Positions 38,067 to 48,904 of a stretch of DNA of 64,000 nt are shown here, piece by piece. The stretch comes from Armatimonadota bacterium (GTDB lineage: Bacteria; Armatimonadota; SYMT01). The stretch's first letter is position 1. Each line of letters begins with the position of its first letter. The notes under the pieces were generated by a model, which saw only the letters and a program-made list of their open reading frames with translations, did no database searches and was not told where the DNA came from. Location of the stretch: positions 576,001 through 640,000 of the forward strand of contig JAWLHY010000001.1 in assembly GCA_041690135.1 (NCBI GenBank). The letters run 5' to 3'. The position numbers and the translations under genes are program-made.

Positions 38067-39113
38067 GTGCGTAAACTAGGGGTGGGGATCATCGGCAGTG
38101 GCGGGATCGCCCGCAATGCCCATATGCCGGGCTACAAGGCCTGTGAGAAGGACGGGGTCCGCATCGTGGCGGTGGCGGATACGAACCCGGATATAGCCCG
38201 GATGGCAGCGGAGCAATTTGAGGTCCCGCATATCTGCACGGATTACCACGACCTGCTGCAGATGGACGAAATCGATGCGGTCAGCATCTGCACCCCCAAT
38301 TACCTTCACGTGCAGCCGACGATCGACGCGCTGGAGGCGGGGAAGCACGTGTTGGTCGAGAAGCCGATGGCGATGAATACCGCGGAGTGCCTCCGCATGG
38401 TGGAAGCCTCGGAGCGCACCGGCAAGAAGCTGATGGTTGGGTTCATGACCCGCTTCCAGGCCGCCTCCCAGGCGCTGAAGCGGTTCACCGAGGCCGGCGA
38501 GATGGGGGAGATCTACTTCGCGCGGGCGCAGGCGCTGCGCCGGCGCGGGATCCCGGGGTGGGGCGTCTTTACGCAGAAGGATAAGCAGGGTGGGGGACCG
38601 CTCATCGATATCGGCGTCCACATCCTCGACCTGACCCTGTGGCTGATGGGCCATCCGAAGCCGACCTACTGCTCCGGCCAGACCTATGCCAAGTTCGGAC
38701 CGCGGGCCGGCGTCGTGGGCCTGCTGGGCCAGTGGGATCCCACCACCTTCACCGTCGAGGACTTCGCCGTGGGCCTGGTCCGTTTCGAGAATGGCGCCAC
38801 GCTGGTGCTGGAGTCCGCCTTCTGCGCCAACCAGGAGGAGCGGCAGGTCTTCAACACCCACCTCTACGGCACCGAGGGCGGGTGCACTTACAACCCCTGC
38901 AAGATGTTCTTCGAGCGGCACGGCACGCTCATCGACGCCAGCCCCGCGTACCTGCCGCAGGTGAAGGCCCACGAAGCGGAGATCGCCGGCTTCGTCCACG
39001 CCATCCTGGACGACGCGCCCGTGCCCGTCACCGCGCAAGAAGGCTTGATGACCACCCAGATCATCGATGCCCTCTACCGCTCCAGCGAAGAAGGACGCGA
39101 AGTCGCCGTTTAG
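38067..39113 (+). CDS. Gfo/Idh/MocA family oxidoreductase
   Basis: GIIGSGGIA, GKHVLVEKPM, GGGPLIDIGVH. Confidence 0.93.
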   Translation: MRKLGVGIIGSGGIARNAHMPGYKACEKDGVRIVAVADTNPDIARMAAEQFEVPHICTDYHDLLQMDEIDAVSICTPNYLHVQPTIDALEAGKHVLVEKPMAMNTAECLRMVEASERTGKKLMVGFMTRFQAASQALKRFTEAGEMGEIYFARAQALRRRGIPGWGVFTQKDKQGGGPLIDIGVHILDLTLWLMGHPKPTYCSGQTYAKFGPRAGVVGLLGQWDPTTFTVEDFAVGLVRFENGATLVLESAFCANQEERQVFNTHLYGTEGGCTYNPCKMFFERHGTLIDASPAYLPQVKAHEAEIAGFVHAILDDAPVPVTAQEGLMTTQIIDALYRSSEEGREVAV

Positions 39114-39129
39114 GAGGTGGAGCGGCGGG

Positions 39130-39400
39130 GCGGGGCGTTGGTGCAGCGGACCGTGACCGCGATCGCCCGCCCGGATATCGATCCACGCCATTCCGTTCCC
39201 CGCAATCCGGGTGATGCCGTTGCCGGCTACTTGGACCACCTTCGGGTTGGAACTGCGGTAGACGGCTCTCTCCGCCAGGTCAACGGTCTCCCCTGGCGGT
39301 GTCTGCCCGCACACCAGAAGTGTTTGCTCCGCGGCCGCTCCGTCCAACACGATGGCGCTGAGGAATGCGTTCACGGTCTTGAGCAGAGAAGCCCTCACTT
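39130..39400 (-). pseudogene. Degenerate Ig-like (Big_2) domain fragment
   Basis: QTLLVCG...VDL...YRSSNPKVVQV..G....GNG.A.I resembles the Ig-like repeats of DUF1549/DUF1553 proteins. Confidence 0.4.
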
Positions 39401-39963
39401 GCGCCGTGGGGCAGATCCTTTTTCGCCGTGGGCTGTAAAGGAGCGACAGCCTTCCAGCCGGACAGGTCCGAGGCGCCGGCTTGCCCGCCGCACTTTTGTT
39501 CGGACGCATGCGCCGCGTATGCGCCGGGGCCGGCTCCTGATTATCAGAACAATCCTTCAACCAAGCCCGGCGCATGCGTTCGTTGGGGAGTCCGAAAGCT
39601 ATCTCGGTAAAGAGCTTGCCTCGGGGCCTCGTGCTGGAACCGCTTTGGCGAGGGGCGGAACAAAGTGAATTCCCGTAGCGCCCCGATATCTCGGCGACTC
39701 TGGGCATGAATTACGATCGCTTACCACTGGCCAGGATAACAGCGTCACCCGTGCCTGGTGCATGGGGCCGGGCGCAATCCCAGGCAGAGTCCGTCCGATG
39801 GAAGCCGAATCAAAGCTGAGTAACGGCGCCCTCAAAGGTCTGCACCCGCCCCGTGACCAATTTCATGCAGTGCGTGCCTGGTCCGGGGCGCGCGGGACGG
39901 GTGCCTGGGGCACACGGGTGTAGGGGAGAAGAGGCCATGGCGAGGGGGAGTGTAGGCGAGAGG

Positions 39964-42900
39964 ATGCCGTTGGCGACGGTGCGTGGGAGGGGTTTCCGAT
40001 GGCTGGTAACCGCAGCGGTCATTTGCGTGGGGGTGGGGGGACTGGCTTCGGCGCAGAATGCCGGGGGGAAGAAGCCCCTGACCTACGCGGCCTACGATGG
40101 CTGGCGGTCGATCCAGGGCCAGCAGCTCTCTCGCGACGGGAAGTGGGTGGTCTATTCGCTGGCGCCGCAGGAGGGGAATGGCGAGCTGGTGGTGCGGAGC
40201 GTGGAGGGCAACACGGAGCACCGCCACCCGCGCGGCACCGGGGCGCAGTTCACGGCGGACGGCCGCTATGTGGTCTTTACTGTGGTCCCATCGAAGGCGG
40301 AGGCGGACGAGGCGAAAAAGAAGAAGACCCCCGCGGACCGCGCTCCCAAGAATGCGCTGGGTATCCTCACGCTGGCGGACGGCAAGGTGGTGGTGGTCCC
40401 TCGCATAAAGGGCTTCCGCCTCCCGGAAGAGGGGAGCCGGGCCGTGGCCTACCACCGGGAAGCGGGGGTGAAGGAGGCTCCCGCGTCGAAGCCTGCCGCT
40501 GCTTCAGGAGGAGATATCTCGGATGCTGAGCACGGTGAAGTGAATCAGGAGCGCAGTGCAACTGCGCACGAAGTTGCTTCCGGCAGTGCAACTGCCGGAC
40601 ATCCCTTTGGATCAGCTTGTCCCTTTCCGCGTGATTCCGTGTGCTCCGCGGGCAATACCGGTTCCTCTGATCCGCAGCATTGTGTGGAGATCTCGGAGGG
40701 TGCGGAGCGGGATCAGCCTGCCGCGGCAGAGAAGAAGCCGGAGAAGAAGAAGGACCCGGGAACGGAGCTGGTGGTGCGGGATCTGGCCTCCGGAAAGGAA
40801 GAAGTGGTTCCGGAGGTGGTCGATTACGCCTGGAACCGCGACGGGAGCTGGCTGGCCTATGCCGTCTCCTCGGCGACTCCCGTCAAGGACGGCGTCTACG
40901 CGCGCCGCGACCCGGACGGCTCCACGCGGGCGCTGCTGACGGGCACCGGCCACTATCGCAGCCTCCGGTTCGACGAGAAGGGAGCGCAACTCGCCTTCCT
41001 GAGCGACCGCGACGCTTACCAGGCGGAGACGCCGGCCTGGAAGCTGTACCACTGGGCCGTGAAGGCGGAGCGGGCGGCGGAGCTGGCCGGGTCCGGCACG
41101 CCGGGGGTGCCGAAGGGGTGGGTGATCAGCGAGCACCGCGGCCCCACCTTCTCGAAGGATGGGGAGCGCCTGTTCCTGGGCACAGCGCCCGCCCCGAAGG
41201 CCCGGCCAAAGGACGCGCCCGAAACGGTGAACGTCGACATCTGGCACTTCCGCGACCCCTACCTGCAGACGATGCAGAAGGTCCGCGCCGCAAGCGAGCG
41301 GAACCGGAGCTACCTGGCGGTGGTCCACCTCGACGGTCGCCGGCTGGTGCAGTTGGGCACGCCGGAGGTGCCGGACGTGCGCGCGACCGACGACGACACC
41401 TGGACGCTGGGCGACTCGGACCTGCCGTACCGGCAGCTCGTCTCCTGGGACGGCAGCTACAGCGACTACTACCTGGTGAGCCTCCGCGACGGCTCCCGAA
41501 AGAAGGTGGTCACCCGCAGCCGGAACGGCGCCACGCTCTCCCCCGGCGGGAAATACGCGCTTTACTTCGACGATGAGAAGGACGCCTACTTCACCTACCG
41601 CATCCGGGATGGGCGGGTCGTGAACCTGACGGAGAAGCTGGAGATTCCGCTGGTGATCGAGACGTGGGACAGCCCGGCCGAACCGGCGCCCTACGGCAGC
41701 GCGGGGTGGACCGAGGGCGACCGGTCGGTGGTGCTCTACGACCGGTACGATCTCTGGGAATTTCCGGCGGACGGCGGCGCCCCGCGGAGCGTCACCCGGG
41801 GGCAGGGGCGGTCCCGCAAGCTGGTGTTCCGCTACCAGCGGACCGATCCGGAAGAGCGTTTCCTTCCAAGCGCAGCACCGCTGCTGCTCCACGCCACCGA
41901 CGAACGGACCAAGGCCAGCGGCTACTACCGCGTCCCGCTCGCGGGAGACACGGAGCCCCAGCAAGCGGTGATGCTGGACAAGATGTTCACCGTGCTGGTG
42001 AAGGCGAAGGACGCGGACATCTTCCTCTATCGTCTGCAGCGGTTCGACGAATATCCAGACCTCTGGGTGAGCGATACCCGGTTCGGCGGCATGCGGAGGC
42101 TTTCGGAGGCCAATCCCCAGCAGGCGCAATATCTCTGGGGGAAGTCCGAACTGATCGACTTCCTCAGCCAGGATGGGAAGCCGCTCCAGGCGATCCTGAC
42201 CAAGCCGGAGAACTTCGACCCGCTGAAACGCTATCCGTTGATGGTCCACATCTACGAGCGGCGGTCGAACAACCTGCATGCGTACTGGACTCCGGCGCCG
42301 GGGACGAGCGTTAATCTTTCCCGCTACGCCAGCAACGGCTACCTGATCCTGCAGCCCGACATTGCCTACACGCCGGGCTATCCCGGTGAGAGCGCGATGA
42401 AGTGCGTCCTCCCCGCGATCCAGAAGGTCGTGGACCAGGGCATCGTCGATCCGGCCCGGATCGGGATCCAGGGCCACAGTTGGGGCGGGTACCAGATCTC
42501 CTATATGATCACTCGCACCAACCTGTTCCGCGCGGTGGAGGCCGGAGCATCGGTCACCAACATGGTCAGCGCTTACGGCGGCATTCGCTGGACGTCGGGG
42601 ATGTCCCGCGCTTTCCAGTATGAGAAAACTCAGAGCCGGATCGGGGGAGCCCCGTGGGAGCGGCCGCTACAGTACATCGAGAACTCCCCGGTCTTCTGGG
42701 CCGACAAGGTGCAAACGCCCTACCTCTCCATCCACAATGACGCCGATGGGGCGGTGCCGTGGTACCAGGGCATCGAGTTCTTCACGGCGCTACGCCGCCT
42801 GGGGAAGGAAGCCTACCTGTTCAACTACAACGGCGAGGACCACGGACTGCGCACGCGCCTGAACCAGAAACACTGGACGGTGCATATGGACGAGTTCTTC

Positions 42901-42999
42901 GACCATTACCTGAAGGGTGCGCCGCGTCCGGGGTGGATGGAGAATGGGGTGCCGTACCTGGAGCGAGGCACGCGGGATATTCAGGGAGTGTTTCGATGA
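39964..42999 (+). CDS. S9 family (prolyl oligopeptidase-like) peptidase, secreted
   Basis: Signal peptide, beta-propeller region, GHSWGG, DGAVP, EDHG; start uncertain. Confidence 0.9.
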   Translation: MPLATVRGRGFRWLVTAAVICVGVGGLASAQNAGGKKPLTYAAYDGWRSIQGQQLSRDGKWVVYSLAPQEGNGELVVRSVEGNTEHRHPRGTGAQFTADGRYVVFTVVPSKAEADEAKKKKTPADRAPKNALGILTLADGKVVVVPRIKGFRLPEEGSRAVAYHREAGVKEAPASKPAAASGGDISDAEHGEVNQERSATAHEVASGSATAGHPFGSACPFPRDSVCSAGNTGSSDPQHCVEISEGAERDQPAAAEKKPEKKKDPGTELVVRDLASGKEEVVPEVVDYAWNRDGSWLAYAVSSATPVKDGVYARRDPDGSTRALLTGTGHYRSLRFDEKGAQLAFLSDRDAYQAETPAWKLYHWAVKAERAAELAGSGTPGVPKGWVISEHRGPTFSKDGERLFLGTAPAPKARPKDAPETVNVDIWHFRDPYLQTMQKVRAASERNRSYLAVVHLDGRRLVQLGTPEVPDVRATDDDTWTLGDSDLPYRQLVSWDGSYSDYYLVSLRDGSRKKVVTRSRNGATLSPGGKYALYFDDEKDAYFTYRIRDGRVVNLTEKLEIPLVIETWDSPAEPAPYGSAGWTEGDRSVVLYDRYDLWEFPADGGAPRSVTRGQGRSRKLVFRYQRTDPEERFLPSAAPLLLHATDERTKASGYYRVPLAGDTEPQQAVMLDKMFTVLVKAKDADIFLYRLQRFDEYPDLWVSDTRFGGMRRLSEANPQQAQYLWGKSELIDFLSQDGKPLQAILTKPENFDPLKRYPLMVHIYERRSNNLHAYWTPAPGTSVNLSRYASNGYLILQPDIAYTPGYPGESAMKCVLPAIQKVVDQGIVDPARIGIQGHSWGGYQISYMITRTNLFRAVEAGASVTNMVSAYGGIRWTSGMSRAFQYEKTQSRIGGAPWERPLQYIENSPVFWADKVQTPYLSIHNDADGAVPWYQGIEFFTALRRLGKEAYLFNYNGEDHGLRTRLNQKHWTVHMDEFFDHYLKGAPRPGWMENGVPYLERGTRDIQGVFR

Positions 43000-43050
43000 G
43001 CGCCCGGTAAACCCCGAAGTGGTTCGCTCATCCACACGGTGCGTGGCTCT

Positions 43051-43134
43051 GTCGCCCCTCCGGGGCTCTTGGATACGGGTGTCCGGTCCGGGGGTTTGCA
43101 CCCCCGGCTATTTTCTTGCCGCCCCTCCGGGGCT
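43051..43134. repeat. REP-like palindromic cluster
   Basis: GCCCCTCCGGGGC x2 around CCGGGGGTTTGCACCCCCGG, between convergent genes. Confidence 0.8.
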
Positions 43135-43204
43135 ACCGATCGGCCCATGCCGAAAGCTGCCCCACCCAACCAGTGAACCTTGGAGGTTCTCTACGATCCG
43201 GTTT

Positions 43205-44068
43205 TCAATCGCGGGGGGTTTCGGTCATTTCCGCTTCGACGGCTTTGGTGATCTCGCGGTACGCCTTGCGGTCGTCCACCGCGAACCAGGTTTCGTGGCT
43301 GATGACCATGGCGCCGAGGCGGCCGGCATCCGCCCAGCGGGGGAAGACATCCCGCTCGAAGTGCCCCTGGCCGCCGTGTTCGCGCATGGCGGCCAGACCT
43401 TCGGGGGTGAGGACAGTGATGCCGGCATGGGCGGGAACGGGCACGAACGGGTACATCTCTACCGTGCTCACACGCAGGCCGTCCACGCTCACGCCCGTGT
43501 AGGGGAACTTGAAGCCGTCCACCACGGCGAGCGTCGCCACGGCACTCAGATCCCGCACGGCGGCCAGGTGGGTCCGCAGCAGGTCCTCGGCGAAGTTGCC
43601 GCGGTAGCCCACGATCTGGTTGTCCGCATTATGGATGATCACGGGGGAGTGGGTGGGGAGCGTGCCGTTCTCCACGGCGTGGAGAATGGCGCCCGTGCGG
43701 CCGCTGCCGGTGGCCTGCGGGTCGTAGCTGCACTTGACGTCCACGCCCCAGCGGGAGCCGCCGTCGAGATGACGCTCCACGGCCTCTCCCTCGTAGTTCA
43801 CCAGGGCCACGAAGCGGCGGAAGCCAGCCGCCACGTATTGGCCAATGACCCGGTCGATCAACGTATCGCCGCTGGGAAGCGGGAGCAGGCACTTCTGGGC
43901 GCCGGGACCGCTGTCCTGCCCCACGGCGCGCATCCGGAACCCGAACCCGCCTGCCGGCAGTACCACGATGGTTTGGGCAGCTCCAAGCTTTTGATCCAGT
44001 TCCGGCAGGGCGACCTCTTCGACCGGCCGGAGAAGGGCGGCCGAGAGTTTCATCAGTTCTTCCCGCAT
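43205..44068 (-). CDS. Sugar-phosphate nucleotidyltransferase family protein
   Basis: LPAGGFGFRM...KCLLPL, GRTGAI, HNAD, FERDVFP. Confidence 0.8.
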   Translation of the reverse strand: MREELMKLSAALLRPVEEVALPELDQKLGAAQTIVVLPAGGFGFRMRAVGQDSGPGAQKCLLPLPSGDTLIDRVIGQYVAAGFRRFVALVNYEGEAVERHLDGGSRWGVDVKCSYDPQATGSGRTGAILHAVENGTLPTHSPVIIHNADNQIVGYRGNFAEDLLRTHLAAVRDLSAVATLAVVDGFKFPYTGVSVDGLRVSTVEMYPFVPVPAHAGITVLTPEGLAAMREHGGQGHFERDVFPRWADAGRLGAMVISHETWFAVDDRKAYREITKAVEAEMTETPRD

Positions 44069-44105
44069 CGATCGTGATCTCCCGTGTCCGGGCCGCGCCC
44101 GGTCC

Positions 44106-45893
44106 TTACATCTGCTCCAGCACCTCGATCCCGAGGAGGCCCAGGCCGGTCTTCAGCGTCCGGGCCGTCAGGTCGCAGAGCCGCAGCCGGCTCATCCGCA
44201 CCGCTTCCGGCTCGGCGTCGATGATCCGCACGCCGTGCCTCCGGTCGTAGAAGGTGCTGAACGCCCGGCTCAGCGTGTACAGGTAATCGGTCAGGTGGTG
44301 CGGGCGGAGTTCCCGCGCCGTCTGCTGGACCACGCCGGTAAAGTTCAGCAGTTCCTTCGCCAGGGCGATCTCGCTCTCGTGTTCGAGCACGATCGGCAGG
44401 TCGGCCGGAAGCTGGTCGAAGTCGACGCCCGCCTTGCGGCCGATGCTCCGGACCCGCGCATAGGCGTAGAGCATGTAGGGCGCCGTGTTGCCCTCCAGCG
44501 CGAGCATCGTGTCCCAGTCGAATACGTAGTCGCTGGCGGCATTGTGGCTCAGGTCCGCGTACTTCACGGAACTGATCCCCACCACGCGGGCGATCTCGCG
44601 CTTCTGCGCTTCGGTCAACTCGCCGCGCCGGGCCTCATCCTGGTCCACGACGGCGTAGGACCGCTCCTGGGCCTCGTGCAGCAGGTCCACCAGCTTGACC
44701 GTGTCGCCGGATCGGGTCTTGAACGGCTTCTTGTCCTCCCCCAGCACCATTCCGAACCCGACGTGCTCCAGGGAGACCTGCTCCGGCACCCAGCCGGCCT
44801 TGCGTGCCGCCTGGAACACCATCTGGAAGTGGTTGGACTGGCGCACGTCGGTCACGTAGATGATCCGGTCCGCATGTTCCACGCCGATCCGGTGTCGGAT
44901 GCCCGCCAGGTCGGTGGTGTCGTAGTTGTAGCCACCGTCGGATTTCCGCACGATCATCGGCAGCGGTTGGCCTTCCTTGTTGGTCCAGCCTTCCAGGAAG
45001 ACGCAGGCCGCACCCTGGTCCTCGACCAACATACCCTGTTGCTCCAGGCCGGAGACCACCTCCGGCAGCAGCGGATTGTAGAAGCTCTCACCGCGGGTCT
45101 GGAGTTGCCCGGACCCGCTCCCGACGGCAATGCCCAGCAGGTCGTACACTTCCTGGGCGTGGCGCATCGACTCTGCACAGAGGGCGGTCCAGAGGATCCG
45201 CGCCTGCGGGTCGCCGGACTGGAGGTCGACCACGGCTTTCCGCGCCCGCTCCTGGAAGCCGGGATCCGCATCGAAGCGCGCCTTCGCCGCCCGGTAGAAC
45301 TGCTCCAACTCCTGCACGTGGAAGGCCTCGGGGTTCTCCACGGCCTCCGGGTTTTCCTCGCGGAGGTACTGGATCAGCATCCCGAACTGGGTGCCCCAGT
45401 CGCCGATGTGGTTGAGCCGCAGCACGTCGTGCCCCTGGAAATCCAGGAGCCGCGCAATGCTGTCGCCGATGATGGTGGAGCGCAGGTGGCCGACGTGCAT
45501 CTCCTTCGCCACGTTGGGGCTGGAGTAGTCCACCACCACGCGCCGCGGTTGGGACGCGCGCTCGGCTCCCAGGTAGGGGTCCGCCTGGAGTTTCTGCACC
45601 TGTTCAGTCAGGAAATCGGTCCGAAGCTTGAAATTGATGAAGCCGGGGCCCGCGATCTCCGGGGCCTCGCACATGCCGCTGAGTTGGAGCGCTTCCACCA
45701 GGCTCTCGGCGATCTCACGCGGCTTACGACCCAGACGCTTGGCCAGCCCGAGGGCAACGTTGGACTGGTAATCACCGAAGCGTGGGTCCTGCGTGGGGCG
45801 CACGACCGGGTCGATCTCGGAGCCTTCCGGACCGACGACCTGAACCAGGGCCTGGGAAACGGCCTCTTCGAGCTGTTGTCTGATGCTCTTCAT
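44106..45893 (-). CDS. argS: Arginine--tRNA ligase
   Basis: FGDYQSN, DYSSPNVAKEMHVGHLRSTIIGD, GDWGTQFG, KTRSG, GNTAPY. Confidence 0.97.
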   Translation of the reverse strand: MKSIRQQLEEAVSQALVQVVGPEGSEIDPVVRPTQDPRFGDYQSNVALGLAKRLGRKPREIAESLVEALQLSGMCEAPEIAGPGFINFKLRTDFLTEQVQKLQADPYLGAERASQPRRVVVDYSSPNVAKEMHVGHLRSTIIGDSIARLLDFQGHDVLRLNHIGDWGTQFGMLIQYLREENPEAVENPEAFHVQELEQFYRAAKARFDADPGFQERARKAVVDLQSGDPQARILWTALCAESMRHAQEVYDLLGIAVGSGSGQLQTRGESFYNPLLPEVVSGLEQQGMLVEDQGAACVFLEGWTNKEGQPLPMIVRKSDGGYNYDTTDLAGIRHRIGVEHADRIIYVTDVRQSNHFQMVFQAARKAGWVPEQVSLEHVGFGMVLGEDKKPFKTRSGDTVKLVDLLHEAQERSYAVVDQDEARRGELTEAQKREIARVVGISSVKYADLSHNAASDYVFDWDTMLALEGNTAPYMLYAYARVRSIGRKAGVDFDQLPADLPIVLEHESEIALAKELLNFTGVVQQTARELRPHHLTDYLYTLSRAFSTFYDRRHGVRIIDAEPEAVRMSRLRLCDLTARTLKTGLGLLGIEVLEQM

Positions 45894-46015
45894 CGCACCG
45901 ACACGATACCAGTTTGTCCGCCCACCCCGCAACAAGGCGGCGTGTTCAATGTTCGTTCGGGATGGTCAATGGGGCATTTGCCTTGCGGGTTCGGATTCCA
46001 TCGTTGGCGCGGAGT

Positions 46016-46076
46016 CCCACACGGCAAGACGGGTACGCGCCCGTGACCCGGCAGGCATCGGAGAGCCTGCCCTACA
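46016..46076. repeat. GTAG-type REP-like element
   Basis: GGCAGGCATCGGAGAGCCTGCCCTACA identical at 61969-61995. Confidence 0.8.
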
Positions 46077-46178
46077 TCTACTGGTGCGGTGACAGAGGCC
46101 ATCCCGTTCTCCGGGGGCGATACTATCGGTGGTGCAGAATGGGTGCCAATAAGTGGACGATGCGCGGCAAGTGGTTCG

Positions 46179-47327
46179 TCAGGAGGCTTTGATCTTCCTG
46201 ACTTCGATGTCCGATCGGGCGAGGAGCTCGGGGGTGAGCTCCATGCCGAGGCCGGGGGCTTCGGGGATGGGGAGGAAGCCGTCCTTCGCGGGCAGGGTGT
46301 CGGTCACCAGTCCAACGTACTCCTTCAGGTAGTGTCGCCGCACGCTCTCGCAGATGAAGAGGTTGGGGACGTGGGCCGCCAGATGGATGGAGGCGGCGTG
46401 CTGGATGGGGCCGCCGCAGTTGTGGGGGCAGATCGGCAGGTAGTAGGTGTCCGCCAGCGCCGCGATCTTCCGCGCCTCGGTGAAGCCGCCGCACCAGCAG
46501 ATGTCCGGCATCAGGAACTGCGCCGCGCCGTTCTCCACCAGTTCCCGGAACTGGTAGCGGGTCATCAGCCGCTCGGAGAGGCAGAGGGGCTGGCGAACCA
46601 GCCGCGACAGCCGGGTGTACGCCTCGGCGTTATCCTGGGGAAGCATCTCCTCGAGCCACATGATGTTGTAGGGCTCGAGCATCTTCGCGATCTTCACGGC
46701 CGAAGGGAGATTCCAGTACCCGTGGAACTCCATGGCGATCTCCATGTCGTCGCCGACGGCCTCGTAGATCTGCTCCACGGGCGCCAGGCCTTCCAGCAGG
46801 TCCTGTTTGGTGACGTACTGCCCGCGGTTCCGCAGCCCGGCGGGGTCGAACGGCCAGATCTTCATCGCGCTGATGCCGCTGTTCAGGAGGTCTTCGGCCA
46901 GCTTCCCGGCGTGGGTGTTGAAGTCCCACACGTGGTCGTAGCAGGTGTTGTAGGTGCGGATGCGGTCCCGGCACTTCCCGCCCAGCATGCGCCACACCGG
47001 CTGCCCCGCGGCTTTGCCCGCCAGGTCCCACAGGGCGATGTCGATGGCGGAGATGGCGCGCATCTCCGCCCCGGCCCAGCCGGGATAGCTGACGGCCAGG
47101 AACATCTCCTGCCACAGCCGCTCGATATCGCGCGCATCCTGGCCCAGCAGCACGCGGGAGAGATGCTTCTCGATGATGGCGCGCTCGCCCTCACCGCTGG
47201 GGAAGGTCTCGCCCAGGCCGACGATCCCCTCGTCGGTGTGGATACGCACCCAGAGCCAGGCGACCCGCCCGGCGTGGACGACGACGCCCGTGGGGTAGAG
47301 GATGGTTTCAATGGCGGTGATCTTCAT
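46179..47327 (-). CDS. Mandelate racemase/muconate lactonizing enzyme family (enolase superfamily)
   Basis: TDEGIVGLGE, AISAIDIALWDLAGK, WLEE, PICPHN, PEAPGLG. Confidence 0.92.
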   Translation of the reverse strand: MKITAIETILYPTGVVVHAGRVAWLWVRIHTDEGIVGLGETFPSGEGERAIIEKHLSRVLLGQDARDIERLWQEMFLAVSYPGWAGAEMRAISAIDIALWDLAGKAAGQPVWRMLGGKCRDRIRTYNTCYDHVWDFNTHAGKLAEDLLNSGISAMKIWPFDPAGLRNRGQYVTKQDLLEGLAPVEQIYEAVGDDMEIAMEFHGYWNLPSAVKIAKMLEPYNIMWLEEMLPQDNAEAYTRLSRLVRQPLCLSERLMTRYQFRELVENGAAQFLMPDICWCGGFTEARKIAALADTYYLPICPHNCGGPIQHAASIHLAAHVPNLFICESVRRHYLKEYVGLVTDTLPAKDGFLPIPEAPGLGMELTPELLARSDIEVRKIKAS

Positions 47328-47455
47328 GGAGGCGGTTGCGCGCGGGGGAAACAGCCGGCGTCTCCGGTGAAGTTCGCGGCAGCCGCCGGGAACTCCCTTC
47401 CGGCCGTCGGCAAATGGCGTCGTTTCATGAAAGACTCATCATGGAGGGCCCGCCG

Positions 47456-48247
47456 ATGCCGTCGCCATTTCCGGGAATGGCCCCCTACATCGAAGGCCAG
47501 GAGTGGGAAGACTTTCACTTCCGGTTCATCAACGCCATCGCCGACAGGCTGGCTCCAGGGCTGCGGCCCCGCTACTTTGCGCGCGTGGAGAAGCGAGTCT
47601 ACCTGGAGCACACGCAGGACGGTGGGCCACGCCGGGTCCGGCCGGACCTGGCTATTGGGAGGAGGCCGGGAGCACCTCGCCCACAGCCCGGTGCGGGAAC
47701 GGCAACGGCCCCGCCGCCCTTCGAGATTCCGCAGTTGGTGCCCGAAGAGATCGAGGAGCCCTTCCTCGAGATTCGCACCGTGGATGGCCACGAGGTGATT
47801 GCCGTGGTCGAGGTCCTCTCGCCAACCAACAAGCGGGCGGGAAGCGATGGGCGGCGGGAGTACCTGGTAAGGCGCGAGACCGTGATGCGGGGCTCCGCCC
47901 ACCTCATCGAGCTGGATCTGCTGCGGAGCGGCGAGCGCGTACCCATGGCGAAACCGCTTCCGCCTCTGGAATACTACGCTCTTGTCTCACGGGCTGAACG
48001 CCGTCCCGTGGCGGAGATCTGGCCCATTCGCCTCCGCGACCCTTTCCCGGAGGTTCCGGTTCCCCTGGCGGGTGACGATCCGGCCCTGCCGCTCGATCTT
48101 CAGGCGGTATTCAACACCGTGTATGAGCGCGCGGGTTACGGCTACTCGCTGGACTATACGCGTGGAACGGTTCCACCCCTGAATTCCCAGGACCTCGCCT
48201 GGGCCCAGGAGATCACACTTCCGCTGCGCCGCGGGAATAATGAGTAA
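47456..48247 (+). CDS. DUF4058 family protein
   Basis: MPSPFPGM.PY, EVLSPTNK, HLIELDLLR, LDLQAVF. Confidence 0.88.
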   Translation: MPSPFPGMAPYIEGQEWEDFHFRFINAIADRLAPGLRPRYFARVEKRVYLEHTQDGGPRRVRPDLAIGRRPGAPRPQPGAGTATAPPPFEIPQLVPEEIEEPFLEIRTVDGHEVIAVVEVLSPTNKRAGSDGRREYLVRRETVMRGSAHLIELDLLRSGERVPMAKPLPPLEYYALVSRAERRPVAEIWPIRLRDPFPEVPVPLAGDDPALPLDLQAVFNTVYERAGYGYSLDYTRGTVPPLNSQDLAWAQEITLPLRRGNNE

Positions 48248-48379
48248 CAGGGAAGGCGCTTGTTCTGCAATCTGTTCCCTGCCGGCGGAAGAATCAGGGA
48301 ACCGCCGGCCCTCCATCCGGCACTTTATCTTCGGAAAATGAACTTCCGGGCCTACCGGACCTGAATGAAAGTAGAACCG

Positions 48380-48904
48380 ATGAACCGACGCAGGTTTTTG
48401 ACTTCGATAACTCTCCTCCCGCTGGCCGCCGTGCCGGCCCTGGCCGCGGGCAAGAAGATCGCCGTGCTCCCGGCCGCCGTTACCGTAGGGCGGGGCGAGA
48501 ATGGGAATGTGGTCACGGAAGCGCTCCGCGCCCGGTTGAGCCGGATCGGCTTCGAAGTGGTGTCCGCACAGCGCGTGGCAAGCGCCATGCGCTCGCGCCG
48601 GATGGACCTGACGCAGCCGCAGGCCGTGCAGGACCTGGCCGCGCTGCGAGAAGAGCTGGGTGTGGATTTTGTGGTGTATCCGCGCGTGCTGAACGTGGGC
48701 AAGAGCCTGGCCGGCAACGAGTTCCAGGCGAACATACTCGTGAACATCGCGGGCAAGTCGCGGTCCGGTTTCGCGCACACGCGGCAGGTGGGGCAGGTCT
48801 TCAACCCCCGCGGCGCCAGGCCGGAAAGCGCCGTCATCGGGAAGAGCGAAGCAGACCAGGCGGCGACGAAGCTGCTGTCCGGGTTCGAGTCGCGGGCGAA
48901 GTAG
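48380..48904 (+). CDS. Hypothetical exported protein (Tat-like signal)
   Basis: MNRRRFL..hydrophobic..ALA. Confidence 0.7.
   Translation: MNRRRFLTSITLLPLAAVPALAAGKKIAVLPAAVTVGRGENGNVVTEALRARLSRIGFEVVSAQRVASAMRSRRMDLTQPQAVQDLAALREELGVDFVVYPRVLNVGKSLAGNEFQANILVNIAGKSRSGFAHTRQVGQVFNPRGARPESAVIGKSEADQAATKLLSGFESRAK

Noticed and set aside
38076-39707. 543 aa minus-strand ORF
   Set aside because: Mostly antisense to the oxidoreductase; only a short Ig-like stretch looks real.
40612-42477. 621 aa minus-strand ORF
   Set aside because: Shadow of the S9 peptidase.
44235-47798. 603 aa and 569 aa plus-strand ORFs
   Set aside because: Shadows of argS and the enolase-family gene.
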